IMG/VR virus record: IMGVR_UViG_3300048889_000043
Location: 1 to 39,264 of that record
Strand: one strand, 5' to 3'
Source of the DNA: a virus
Taxonomy: Duplodnaviria > Caudoviricetes
Length of the DNA stretch: 39,264 bases
Shown here in pieces: positions 7,916 through 15,900 of the stretch. Every line of letters begins with the position of its first letter. Position 1 is the stretch's first letter. The position numbers and the translations under genes are program-made. The notes beneath the pieces are model-generated. The model saw only the letters and a list, made by a program, of their open reading frames with translations. It made no database searches and had not been told where the DNA came from.

Positions 7916-8796
7916 TTATTGTAAGCCTCTTGTACGTCATCAATATTTAAGTGCAAATATCTTTGAGTCGTTGCTATTGATTCGTGGCCAAGTATCTTTT
8001 GAATCACAGAGATGCTAGCCCCCTTTTTGAGCAACTCAGTAGCGCATGCATGTCTTAGCGTGTGTGGGCTAACTCCTTCAACACCAACATCTTTCGAGCG
8101 ATTCTTCACCACTTGCCATACAAAGTTAGCGCTTAATTGCTTGTATTGCAGCGTAAGAAAAAAGTATGAGTTTTTCTTACATGCAAAATATTCCGCTTGT
8201 TCTTTTGCGTATAAATCTAACCACGCTTGCGCTCTATTGCTGACAGGAACTTGTCTGCCTTTATCACCTTTTCCGCTTCTTATAAGTACTTTGTTTCTTG
8301 TCATGTCACTAAGTTGAAGATCGCACAACTCAGATACACGCAAACCAGAAGCGTATAAAAGCTCTAACATGGCTCTATCCCTTAAGCCTGATAACGTAGC
8401 AGTATTACAGCTTGCTAAAATACTCTCAATTGTTTCAGATGTTGGAAGCGCGACAATCTGTTTCGATACTTTCGGTACCCCGAGCTTTTCGCCTTTAATA
8501 TCAAAATCAATAAGTTTTCTTCTGCTAATATAATTGCAATACCCAATAATAGCCACCGAAGCGCGTCGCACCGTTGCATCGCTTTTCCCCCTGTTTTTTA
8601 AGTACAAGATATATTCTTCCACGTTATCAATCTTAAGCTTTTTTAAGCTCTTTACTTTATTATCTTCTAAATACTCGATAAACTTGCTTACATCGTATTT
8701 ATAAGCAACAATAGTATTTTCACTAACTCCCAGCTGATTTAAATACTTGTTCATGCTCTGAATTAACGAGTTGGAAATTTTTTGCAGTTCGTCCAC
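7900..8796 (-). CDS. XerC/XerD-like tyrosine recombinase
   Basis: SENTIVAY..DV, RDRAMLELLYASGLRVSEL, GKGDKGRQVP, SPHTLRHACATELL, LGHESIATTQRY; full catalytic set; GGAGG RBS, GTG start. Confidence 0.95.
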   Translation of the reverse strand: MDELQKISNSLIQSMNKYLNQLGVSENTIVAYKYDVSKFIEYLEDNKVKSLKKLKIDNVEEYILYLKNRGKSDATVRRASVAIIGYCNYISRRKLIDFDIKGEKLGVPKVSKQIVALPTSETIESILASCNTATLSGLRDRAMLELLYASGLRVSELCDLQLSDMTRNKVLIRSGKGDKGRQVPVSNRAQAWLDLYAKEQAEYFACKKNSYFFLTLQYKQLSANFVWQVVKNRSKDVGVEGVSPHTLRHACATELLKKGASISVIQKILGHESIATTQRYLHLNIDDVQEAYNKCHAQ

Positions 8797-8968
8797 TTAA
8801 TACCTCCCTTTGGCGTTCCCAATTTTTTTGTTTATATAAAGTTTCCAAAAACTGCATAACAATTTCTTTTTGCGTTAAGCCAGTACTCGCAGCTAACTTC
8901 TTTAGTACGTTGTAATACTTTTCGGGAATACTCAAGCATATTTTCTTTTCTGGGTCTTTTTTGCGCAT
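8723..8968 (-). CDS. Small RHH-like regulator
   Basis: KKICLSIPEKYYNVLKKLAASTGLTQKEIVMQFLE. Confidence 0.55.
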   Translation of the reverse strand: MRKKDPEKKICLSIPEKYYNVLKKLAASTGLTQKEIVMQFLETLYKQKNWERQREVLSGRTAKNFQLVNSEHEQVFKSAGS

Positions 8969-9098
8969 AATTTCTCTCTAGTGTTTCTAATCGTTTTTTC
9001 ATTCTATAAAGGCTTAACTGTGCAAAAGAGTCTTGACGACCCTCTTGCAATCTTTTTTGATATATTTCAATTTCTAAATCAATTTCTTCACGATTCAT
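8832..9098 (-). CDS. Hypothetical protein (3' part overlaps the RHH ORF)
   Basis: AAGGA RBS, ATG 9098. Confidence 0.45.
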   Translation of the reverse strand: MNREEIDLEIEIYQKRLQEGRQDSFAQLSLYRMKKRLETLERNYAQKRPRKENMLEYSRKVLQRTKEVSCEYWLNAKRNCYAVFGNFI

Positions 9099-9127
9099 TG
9101 CTTTTCCTTTTGTTTAGTGTGACAGCA

Positions 9128-9367
9128 CTACTTGTTTTGTTCTTCTTTTGCTAAAATCAATCCTTGTTCGGCAGCCTCAAGGCAATGATCTAGCATGTTA
9201 TAAAACTCCTGTGTATTGGGCATAGCTTGCAACATTACGCACAAGCTTAAGGTGGTACTCATCATTGCGTATTGCTGCATGGACACCTTTTCTCTCCACG
9301 GCCTCATAAATTCCATGTAAGCGGATTGAAATTCGGCTTGTGTTTGATCATTTATAGCGTCACTCAT
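9128..9367 (-). CDS. Hypothetical protein
   Basis: AGGAG RBS, ATGA coupling to upstream gene. Confidence 0.7.
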   Translation of the reverse strand: MSDAINDQTQAEFQSAYMEFMRPWREKVSMQQYAMMSTTLSLCVMLQAMPNTQEFYNMLDHCLEAAEQGLILAKEEQNK

Positions 9368-9549
9368 TGTTTATTCTCCTTTTTTCTTTCTTCAATAGTG
9401 CATAATCTTCCATGAAAATCTTTAATCTCAGCGTGTATAGCATCAATCAAAGCTCTTGTTTCTCTGTAATCCGATCTAGATTCTGTACGAGCCCATAGAA
9501 ACAGCGCTATATTCGAACTCATGATAAATATTGCTTGTGTCCAGTCCAT
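9364..9549 (-). CDS. Small membrane-anchored coiled-coil protein
   Basis: AGGAGG RBS before ATG 9549; MDWTQAIFIMSSNIALFLW...EIKDFHGRLCTIEER. Confidence 0.75.
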   Translation of the reverse strand: MDWTQAIFIMSSNIALFLWARTESRSDYRETRALIDAIHAEIKDFHGRLCTIEERKKENKQ

Positions 9550-9580
9550 TATTTTCCCTCCTTTTTTGTTTGTTAAGTTA

Positions 9581-10036
9581 TTATCGTAAAGAACACTTAA
9601 TAACATGTTCAATATCCGATATAATTGCATAAGTTGAAAAGCAACTATTTACAAGCTCATTTTCTTTTAAGCATGATAAAATTACAGCGAGCTTTTCTAA
9701 GTCTGACTGATGATTATCCAACCTGTTTTGATAATAAATTCCAGCCTCACACTCTCTGTGTAGCTTAGACTTTATAAAATCCCATGTTAGTTCTTTATCC
9801 CAATTATTTATTTCAATGTTAGCATGTCCTCTCCAAAAGTAAATTGTATGTTTATAATTATCTTTTGATATCCTTGCATAAATTCCAGCTTCCTTAAGCT
9901 TGTCAGTAAATCTTTTGTTAACATTTTTATAAGTGCACATTTCTGCAATCACTTCTAATATGTCAACCTCTAATTGATGCTTTAGCTTGCATAAGTCAAT
10001 TTGATCTTGCAATTCTTTCTTTGTTATTTTTTCCAT
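9581..10036 (-). CDS. Hypothetical early protein
   Basis: ATG 10036 follows the conserved leader. Confidence 0.75.
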   Translation of the reverse strand: MEKITKKELQDQIDLCKLKHQLEVDILEVIAEMCTYKNVNKRFTDKLKEAGIYARISKDNYKHTIYFWRGHANIEINNWDKELTWDFIKSKLHRECEAGIYYQNRLDNHQSDLEKLAVILSCLKENELVNSCFSTYAIISDIEHVIKCSLR

Positions 10037-10099
10037 GTCAATTCCTTTTTTGGTTAAGTTCTCACGGCTGCACACTAGTTATAATGTGCAGATTAGAGG

Positions 10100-10513
10100 C
10101 TAAACCGGGTTACATTCACTGCAACCATTTTCATTTAGTTCACAGTCTTCCATAAAACCTTCATGTCCACACTCACCGCAGTAATTCCATAGGGCAAGCT
10201 TCCCGTCGTCGTCTATCATCGCGCTTTGAAAGTCTGAATTTCCTAGGAAGACATACCCCGAATTAGTGTTAAATTGTGGCGTGACTTCGTCCGCATCAAA
10301 CCCGTCCGGTAATCCTTGTTCGTTCCAGGCGGTGAGTAGCTCGATTAATAGCTTGCGCTCTCTTGCTCCGTAAAGTTCGAGGCTTATTGTTGGGTTCTCC
10401 TGCATTTTCTTCTCTCGCGGTTGGTAATTGTTAAGGGCTTTAATCTCTACTTTTCCACCGCTTAGGCTTTTTAGAGTGTAAAGATTGTTGTCTTTATCCT
10501 TTCTTAATTCCAT
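10100..10513 (-). CDS. Hypothetical protein with C-terminal CxxC...CxxC
   Basis: Follows leader; YCGECGHEG...CSEC. Confidence 0.75.
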   Translation of the reverse strand: MELRKDKDNNLYTLKSLSGGKVEIKALNNYQPREKKMQENPTISLELYGARERKLLIELLTAWNEQGLPDGFDADEVTPQFNTNSGYVFLGNSDFQSAMIDDDGKLALWNYCGECGHEGFMEDCELNENGCSECNPV

Positions 10514-10577
10514 GTTAATTCCTTTTTTGGTTAAGTTCTCATGATAGCCCCTAAGTTTTTAGAGGCTAGATAAAGGC

Positions 10578-10724
10578 TTAAGCATTGGTGTTAATCTTGC
10601 AGTCTTTAGATGTCTTCAAGAGCTCTAAGCCTCGATCAATCTTGTTACTGTAATTTATCCAGCACCCAACTCTTGCGTTGTCGTGTATTGTAGCTGCTAA
10701 TATCTTTGCTGTGTATATTGTCAT
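10578..10724 (-). CDS. 48-aa hypothetical protein (absent from ORF track)
   Basis: MTIYTAKILAATIHDNARVG... follows the conserved leader. Confidence 0.55.
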   Translation of the reverse strand: MTIYTAKILAATIHDNARVGCWINYSNKIDRGLELLKTSKDCKINTNA

Positions 10725-10748
10725 GTTATTGCTCTCTTGGTTGTTAAG

Positions 10749-10952
10749 TTATAGGTCGCGGTAAGTGCAGTCGTTAGCATCTAACCATTTAGATTTATAG
10801 TCGCTTTTTATTAACAGCGGAAAATCACCTTGCCAAATCATTGCATTACCCGAAGCCATGTGGAAAGTAGCGTATTGTTTTGCAGCTAGTAACGATTTAA
10901 AGCTTCTTGTCTCAGACCCGGCAAGGGCGCTGTTAGTTATTGTGTATTGCAT
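10749..10952 (-). CDS. Hypothetical early protein
   Basis: Follows the conserved leader. Confidence 0.7.
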   Translation of the reverse strand: MQYTITNSALAGSETRSFKSLLAAKQYATFHMASGNAMIWQGDFPLLIKSDYKSKWLDANDCTYRDL

Positions 10953-10976
10953 GTTAATCTCTCTCTTGGTTGTTAT

Positions 10977-11126
10977 TTATTGCTTAATCTCTCTAACGTA
11001 ATAGCTATGCGCTCCATAATCTAAGTCTAACTTGTCAGCACGTGCCCGGGCTCTCTTGCTGCACTTATAGGGAGCACTCGCTACAGTTTGAGTTCTAAAA
11101 TTGTATATCTCATATTGCTTGACCAT
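10977..11126 (-). CDS. Hypothetical early protein
   Basis: MVKQYEIYN...RARARADKLDLDYGAHSYYV; ATG 11126 follows leader. Confidence 0.7.
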   Translation of the reverse strand: MVKQYEIYNFRTQTVASAPYKCSKRARARADKLDLDYGAHSYYVREIKQ

Positions 11127-11196
11127 GTTAATCTCTCTCTTTTTGGTTGTTAAGTTTTCATGGTAGCGCTCGGTTTCCCAAGCGCTAATTAGAAGC

Positions 11197-11457
11197 TTAA
11201 TAACTGCCAAGCTCCGCAAATTGTTGCTGCCAAATCGAGCGTCGTGGGTCGTTGAAGCAAAGAAACTCAAATATCTCTACAGCTTGATCAACGGTGATGG
11301 GTTGCTGTGAAGACTCACTAAACATTATAATGTAGGCTATTTTGTCTAAGTAGTCCTTAAGCTCGCTATACTCTCTATTGGCCGTTGTTGTTACAAACTC
11401 TCTAAAATCTGGATTGTAGCCACCGACGAAACTTGCTATTTTCTGTGCGTTATTCAT
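11197..11457 (-). CDS. Hypothetical early protein, first in leftward operon
   Basis: ATG 11457 follows a leader variant. Confidence 0.7.
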   Translation of the reverse strand: MNNAQKIASFVGGYNPDFREFVTTTANREYSELKDYLDKIAYIIMFSESSQQPITVDQAVEIFEFLCFNDPRRSIWQQQFAELGSY

Positions 11458-11520
11458 TTTCTTATCTCTCTTTTGGTTGTTTTGGTCTGTCTCGCTCACG
11501 TCGTAGTAGTGCGTCGTTTG

Positions 11521-11562
11521 CGTATAGTTAGGAATATAGCAAACTATACGATTTTAACGCAA
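11521..11562 (-). promoter_or_regulatory. Leftward promoter overlapped by an operator-like inverted repeat
   Basis: Minus strand TTGCGT-N18-TATATT with TG extension; IR CGTATAGTT 11521-11529 / AACTATACG 11542-11550. Confidence 0.55.
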
Positions 11563-11664
11563 GAGGTGTTTTTTGTGTTGTGCAAATATTGTGCTTTAGG
11601 TACTGTTAAGGTAGTGAGTTTGAGTGAGTTACGATATAGTTTTAATATAGCTTGGAGGTAAAAA

Positions 11665-12084
11665 GTGAAGTGGAAATTGTCATATAGAGAGCGTTTGGAG
11701 CGTGCAAATAATAGCAGCGAGTACAGACAGGAATTGTTCAAAAGCTTATTGCTGCACTTGTCCGAGGGGTACTCACTGGATTCATGGAGTGGACTCAATA
11801 CAAGCGTTTTGCTAGGCTTTCTCGAGAAATACCCGGAGGATATGCCAAAAGATGCCATAGACAACGCGATCGTGGACGGCAAAGACTGTTGGGAACGATT
11901 GGGTATGAGGCAAGCCGACGGGTCATGCATGGGAAATAGCCGAACCTGGTACTATAACATGTCAAATAGGTATGGTTGGCGTGATAAGGTTGATGTCAAA
12001 TCGGAGTCGAGCGGTCAGGTGCAAGTCAACGTTGTCAATTATGCGCGCAAGTCAAGAGATGCAGAGGGTAGCACAGAGGCATAA
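11665..12084 (+). CDS. terS: Terminase small subunit (putative)
   Basis: HLSEGYSLDSW...WERLG...GNSRTWYYNMSNRYGWRDKVDV...QVNVVNY, typical TerS C-terminal pattern; GGAGG RBS. Confidence 0.7.
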   Translation: MKWKLSYRERLERANNSSEYRQELFKSLLLHLSEGYSLDSWSGLNTSVLLGFLEKYPEDMPKDAIDNAIVDGKDCWERLGMRQADGSCMGNSRTWYYNMSNRYGWRDKVDVKSESSGQVQVNVVNYARKSRDAEGSTEA

Positions 12085-12110
12085 ACAATATAATTGTTAT
12101 TATATTTAGT
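12083..12110 (+). other. dif-like Xer recombination site
   Basis: AAACAATATAA-TTGTTA-TTATATTTAGT, 11-6-11 layout; right arm 8/11 to E. coli XerD arm TTATGTTAAAT. Confidence 0.4.
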
Positions 12111-12248
12111 TGATTCAAATAAAGGCTTGATAGCGTGGCCGGGTGTCATGCTGTCAAGTTTCTTCTTGGATTCAAAAAAAGTTTATAGGGAAAGGGGGTG
12201 CTGCCCCCATGGAGCGCGTAAGTTTATCTTTCACGACCACACAAAAAT

Positions 12249-12317
12249 TTTTTCCAAATATAGGTTCATTTTTCCCAGTGACTAGTCATGTCCATTTTTA
12301 TTTTTCCAAATATAGGT
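12249..12317. repeat. 17-bp direct repeat x2
   Basis: TTTTTCCAAATATAGGT at 12249-12265 and 12301-12317. Confidence 0.8.
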
Positions 12318-12439
12318 ACTTTTTTTATCCTCTCGTGTATTCTCATCACCAAAAGGAGTTGCCATGAAACACGTATGCTCTCAATACTGCGACTACACCT
12401 TACGGCAGATAAAGAAAAAGTAAAGGTAGGAAATAAAAG

Positions 12440-12718
12440 ATGAATGAATTTTCTAGATATCAAAGTCTACATTTAAAAAAAAGTGATTTTTTTGATTTTG
12501 GGATAATACCAAAAGTATGCATACATTCTTTACAGGAAGATGAGTATTCAAAATTTTATATACCAATTGATAAGTGCAATTGTGGGTGTAATAAATGGGT
12601 AGAATCAGAAATGAATATTTTAAAATCCAAATATGGTTATTCATTTCCCAAAAAAAAAGTACACAGATGTGCCAAATGCAATGAAGTTAGATTAGCAAAT
12701 AAAATTGAGGGCGCATGA
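12440..12718 (+). CDS. Hypothetical Zn-ribbon protein
   Basis: CNCGC...HRCAKC. Confidence 0.6.
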   Translation: MNEFSRYQSLHLKKSDFFDFGIIPKVCIHSLQEDEYSKFYIPIDKCNCGCNKWVESEMNILKSKYGYSFPKKKVHRCAKCNEVRLANKIEGA

Positions 12719-13038
12719 AAGAAGTTTTGCATGCATTCGAATGTGAGTGTCTGGAGTGCTCAAAAAAATGGGTTTACGTGCAAGCCCTTATTAACCTAGG
12801 AGTTGACATGAACTATCCTTGTATCATATGTGATAATGGCGATCCATATTCTAATATTATCTGTGATGAATGCGGAGAGCACCAAGACTGGTTGAAAGAG
12901 CTTTTTGAAAGCATGGAGCGGCTTGTGCGCATTAATAACAACATAAGCGGCGACGTTCCCCATGAATTGTCTAACAAGATTGAGAATGAAGTTCACAAGC
13001 TTTTTGATGAGCTTTATAACCTGAAGATTGAGAAGTGA
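12715..13038 (+). CDS. Hypothetical Cys-rich protein
   Basis: Three CxxC pairs; ATGA coupling. Confidence 0.65.
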   Translation: MKEVLHAFECECLECSKKWVYVQALINLGVDMNYPCIICDNGDPYSNIICDECGEHQDWLKELFESMERLVRINNNISGDVPHELSNKIENEVHKLFDELYNLKIEK

Positions 13039-13202
13039 AATCCGGTTGTGTTTTTTCTTAAGTTGTGCAACAATGAATCGCGCTCTCAGACAAAAACTTA
13101 GCGTTCGGAGTCAACTGGGAGCGCTTTACAAGTTACATCGCGTTACATAAAAATATTATATAAGTTCTTCAGGCTTAACGACTTACGTGGGATAAAGGAA
13201 GC

Positions 13203-13361
13203 ATGCGGTTCAGAGCGTTACATATAAGTGCTGTGCTAACCGGAATAGATGCTGCTCTGATTCTTCTTTTTGTGTATGCATTTTATGTGAATCCAATTTA
13301 TGTGGTTTCGTTTTTAATGGGGATGTTTTTGGCTACAATTTTATCTAGAGGTACAGCATGA
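13203..13361 (+). CDS. 52-aa two-TM membrane protein (absent from ORF track)
   Basis: AAGGA RBS; MRFRALHISAVLTGIDAALILLFVYAFYVNPIYVVSFLMGMFLATILSRGTA; ATGA overlap with next gene. Confidence 0.6.
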   Translation: MRFRALHISAVLTGIDAALILLFVYAFYVNPIYVVSFLMGMFLATILSRGTA

Positions 13362-13630
13362 GATTCCGAGATGAGAAAGAAGTAGAGGCGTGTGGAAAGC
13401 GAATACAATACGCTATGGTTGCTCTGTTAAAGCATATTAGTACGCTTAAGAGTGAGAAAGAAAGAGCACAGTATCTTTCATTAGAGGTAACATACCACAT
13501 GAAGATGGTAGCGTTTTTTGCGAATATAGGGATAACCGGAAGACCGGATTTAGATGCAGAGCAGGTAAAGAAGAAAATCTTAAGCATGCTAGCAGATTGC
13601 ATTGATGAAGAGAGGAAGATTAGGAGTTAA
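13358..13630 (+). CDS. Hypothetical protein
   Basis: GAGG RBS, 90 aa. Confidence 0.65.
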   Translation: MRFRDEKEVEACGKRIQYAMVALLKHISTLKSEKERAQYLSLEVTYHMKMVAFFANIGITGRPDLDAEQVKKKILSMLADCIDEERKIRS

Positions 13631-13699
13631 TGCTCTATGCTATTAGTATGCTGGGATCGGTGGATCTATCCCTATAGTGATTCTTGACAATAGATCCAA

Positions 13700-13822
13700 A
13701 AAAAAACAGTAAAAAAAAATCAGCTCTTTTAGCGATTTGGTGGAGGGACCCTACGTCTCACTGAATTCGACTTCGCTCCTTCACCTAATCGGTATTTTAA
13801 GGGGTATTTTTCGTCTTGTCAA
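13700..13822 (-). ncRNA. Candidate small RNA with near-consensus promoter
   Basis: Minus strand TTGACA(13822-13817)-N17-TAAAAT(13799-13794), then stem-loop and U-tracts near 13720-13700. Confidence 0.4.
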
Positions 13823-13909
13823 GTAAAATCTTCACTTTTTCAAAAAATAATTCACTTGATTCAAATTTTACGTTGTGAAATGGTACAAATTTAGAGAAAT
13901 TACCTTTTT

Positions 13910-14242
13910 TTGCGAGGTTTTATGCCGTTTCCGGTTACTTTAATGCTAATACCGTGTCCACTTTGTGGTAAAACTCCTGATTTCTGGCTTCCCATTGATG
14001 ATAGAATTAGTCCGGGAGGAACATGGATTTGGGAGATTCGTTGCAGATGTGTTGATTGTTTCGTAAAGATAAGTGTTAGAAAAGCAAATAAAAATTGTAA
14101 GGAAAAGATGAAGCATAAGTTAGAGGAGCTGTCTAAAAAATGGAACTCGCGCATTTACAGATCGGCATATGAGTACAAAGTTATTGATCTTGAACATGTT
14201 GAAAGGGATAGAATTTATGAGAATTTGCCGCGATATAACTGA
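13910..14242 (+). CDS. Lar (restriction alleviation)-like Zn-ribbon protein
   Basis: LIPCPLCGKTP...EIRCRCVDC...KKWNSR; true start probably downstream of track start. Confidence 0.55.
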   Translation: MRGFMPFPVTLMLIPCPLCGKTPDFWLPIDDRISPGGTWIWEIRCRCVDCFVKISVRKANKNCKEKMKHKLEELSKKWNSRIYRSAYEYKVIDLEHVERDRIYENLPRYN

Positions 14243-14338
14243 AAATGTTGCCTGGTCATTCATCTATTGCGATAGCTCTTACAGACTCAAGCTGATCGAG
14301 ACTTTGCGGTCTAGAATGGATAATATTAGGAGGGAGCT

Positions 14339-14500
14339 GTGAAGACGTCCACTAGTGTTTTTTGGGGAGTTGTAGCCGCTTTTTTATCTATGCTTGTAAA
14401 TAACTCTGGTTGTTGGGCTTTTTTTCATTTTTTTTGTTCATATTTTTATGTTTTATATTGGATTATTTTTTATTCATATAGGTTTGTTAATGTATTATAA
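14339..14500 (+). CDS. 53-aa aromatic-rich membrane protein (absent from ORF track)
   Basis: AGGAGG RBS, GTG; VFWGVVAAFLSMLVNNSGCWAFFHFFCSYFYVLYWIIFY. Confidence 0.55.
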   Translation: MKTSTSVFWGVVAAFLSMLVNNSGCWAFFHFFCSYFYVLYWIIFYSYRFVNVL

Positions 14501-15149
14501 TAAGATACAAAGTTTATATAAGAGAAATCTTGATGGTGATAGATCTCTAATTTTTGGGGACTACACGTTTGAGGAGTTTGAAGCTGTTAACCGATGGACT
14601 GTTACGGAGAAAATCGATGGAACTAGCATTCGGATTATAGCGTCACGTCAAGAGGATGGAACGCTAAAGACAGACATCGGAGGAAGGACAGCTAACTCGC
14701 AGATTCCAACTTCATTGTTACAACATTTAATTTATGCTTTCAGAAGAGAGAACTTAGAGAAGGTTTTTATGGATGCTCAGCATATTATTCTTTATGGTGA
14801 GGGATATGGAGCTAAGATTCAAGGTGGCGGCTATTATCGCAAGGATCAAGCGTTTATTTTGTTTGATGTTAAGGTTGACGGGTACTGGTTGGATCGAGAC
14901 AACGTATTTGCAGTTTCTCAAGCTTTAGAGATTCCTTGTGTCCCTCAGTTTTTAAATAGGGATGGTAACAAGGCTTGGACAACGCAAGAGATTGTAGAAT
15001 GCTTAGAACTAAAGCCTGCATCCCGGAGCGCTGAAGAAGTACACATGATGGAAGGGTTTGTCGCAAGGAGTGAGCCCCAAATGTATAATCGGCATGGCGA
15101 GCGTATTATGTTCAAGCTTTTGTGTAAGGATTTTAGATATGACAGATGA
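14490..15149 (+). CDS. RNA ligase-like nucleotidyltransferase (Rnl2-type core)
   Basis: TEKIDGT, GGRT, LYGEGYG, FILFDV, MEGFV, MFKL motifs. Confidence 0.85.
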   Translation: MYYNKIQSLYKRNLDGDRSLIFGDYTFEEFEAVNRWTVTEKIDGTSIRIIASRQEDGTLKTDIGGRTANSQIPTSLLQHLIYAFRRENLEKVFMDAQHIILYGEGYGAKIQGGGYYRKDQAFILFDVKVDGYWLDRDNVFAVSQALEIPCVPQFLNRDGNKAWTTQEIVECLELKPASRSAEEVHMMEGFVARSEPQMYNRHGERIMFKLLCKDFRYDR

Positions 15150-15351
15150 GGTTGACTCGCCTCTTTACTACCAGGGTGGTGGTAATTTTGAAGCTATAGA
15201 CGTGATTGAGCAGTTCGGCTTGAATTTTTCTTTAGGAAACTGCATCAAGTATATTCTGCGCGCCGGACATAAAGATGACAGACTTGTTGACTTGAAAAAA
15301 GCAGCGTGGTATCTGAATAGAGAAATTAATAAAGAGGAAGATAATGGATAA
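15139..15351 (+). CDS. DUF3310-like protein
   Basis: VDSPLYY..EAIDVIE..FSLGNCIKYILRAGHK..DLKKAAWYL. Confidence 0.85.
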   Translation: MTDEVDSPLYYQGGGNFEAIDVIEQFGLNFSLGNCIKYILRAGHKDDRLVDLKKAAWYLNREINKEEDNG

Positions 15352-15469
15352 GCTTATAAAAAAAGTTAAGAAAGAGAACGACAAGAATATGGATATGCTT
15401 GTGAAAAAGGATATTCCGAGAGATAAGAAGATTGAAAAGTGCGACAAAATGATGGGTAAGAAGAAATGA
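15344..15469 (+). CDS. 41-aa Lys-rich protein (absent from ORF track)
   Basis: GAGGA RBS, MDKLIKKVKKENDKNMD..., coupled on both sides. Confidence 0.5.
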   Translation: MDKLIKKVKKENDKNMDMLVKKDIPRDKKIEKCDKMMGKKK

Positions 15470-15681
15470 CTGAAGAAAACATTGATATGAAAGCTTATGA
15501 CTCTGAAATTGTGTGGGTATTATGTAAAGATAATTTACCTCCTAGAAGTAGATGGGTAATAATGATACCAGAAGCTTGTTCATTCGAAACATTTAGAAAA
15601 AGATGTTTTTTTGGTAGAAAATGGAAAGATTCGCTATGTAAATATGCAATGAGACCTAATGACAAGTGGAGATTCGCGTAA
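15466..15681 (+). CDS. Hypothetical protein
   Basis: ATGA-coupled 71-aa ORF. Confidence 0.55.
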   Translation: MTEENIDMKAYDSEIVWVLCKDNLPPRSRWVIMIPEACSFETFRKRCFFGRKWKDSLCKYAMRPNDKWRFA

Positions 15682-15900
15682 TGAGTGATGACTTCAATTA
15701 TTTAGTAGAAGTTGTTGATGGTGAATTTGTTAAGAGAAAAGATGATGTCTAAACGTTTATGGGTTTTGTCTGAGATTGGAAGGAGGGATTAGCTTGATCA
15801 ACTAATCCTTACGCAAGCTTTACATACTTGCAAGCCTATAGATTGGGGAAATCCAGCATGATGAACTGGTGGTGCACATGCGATAAAAGCACCTACACAT

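Larger units (their letters stand above)
9547..11480 (-). repeat. Seven dispersed copies of a conserved gene leader, consensus AACTTAAC(AAC)CAAAAA-purine tract-ATTAACATG
   Basis: Copies end at the ATGs 9549, 10036, 10513, 10724, 10952, 11126, 11457; copies 10034-10064 and 10511-10541 match at 30/31 nt. Confidence 0.85.

Noticed and set aside
7900-11480. Integron (integrase plus cassette array)
   Set aside because: The recombinase lacks the IntI-specific insertion and the hairpins are much shorter than attC sites.
9547-11480. CRISPR-like array
   Set aside because: Repeats are irregularly spaced by whole genes and end at start codons.
13140-13166. Second dif-like site (minus: AACTTATATAA-TATTT-TTATGTAACGC)
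   Set aside because: Central spacer is 5 bp rather than 6, in AT-rich sequence.
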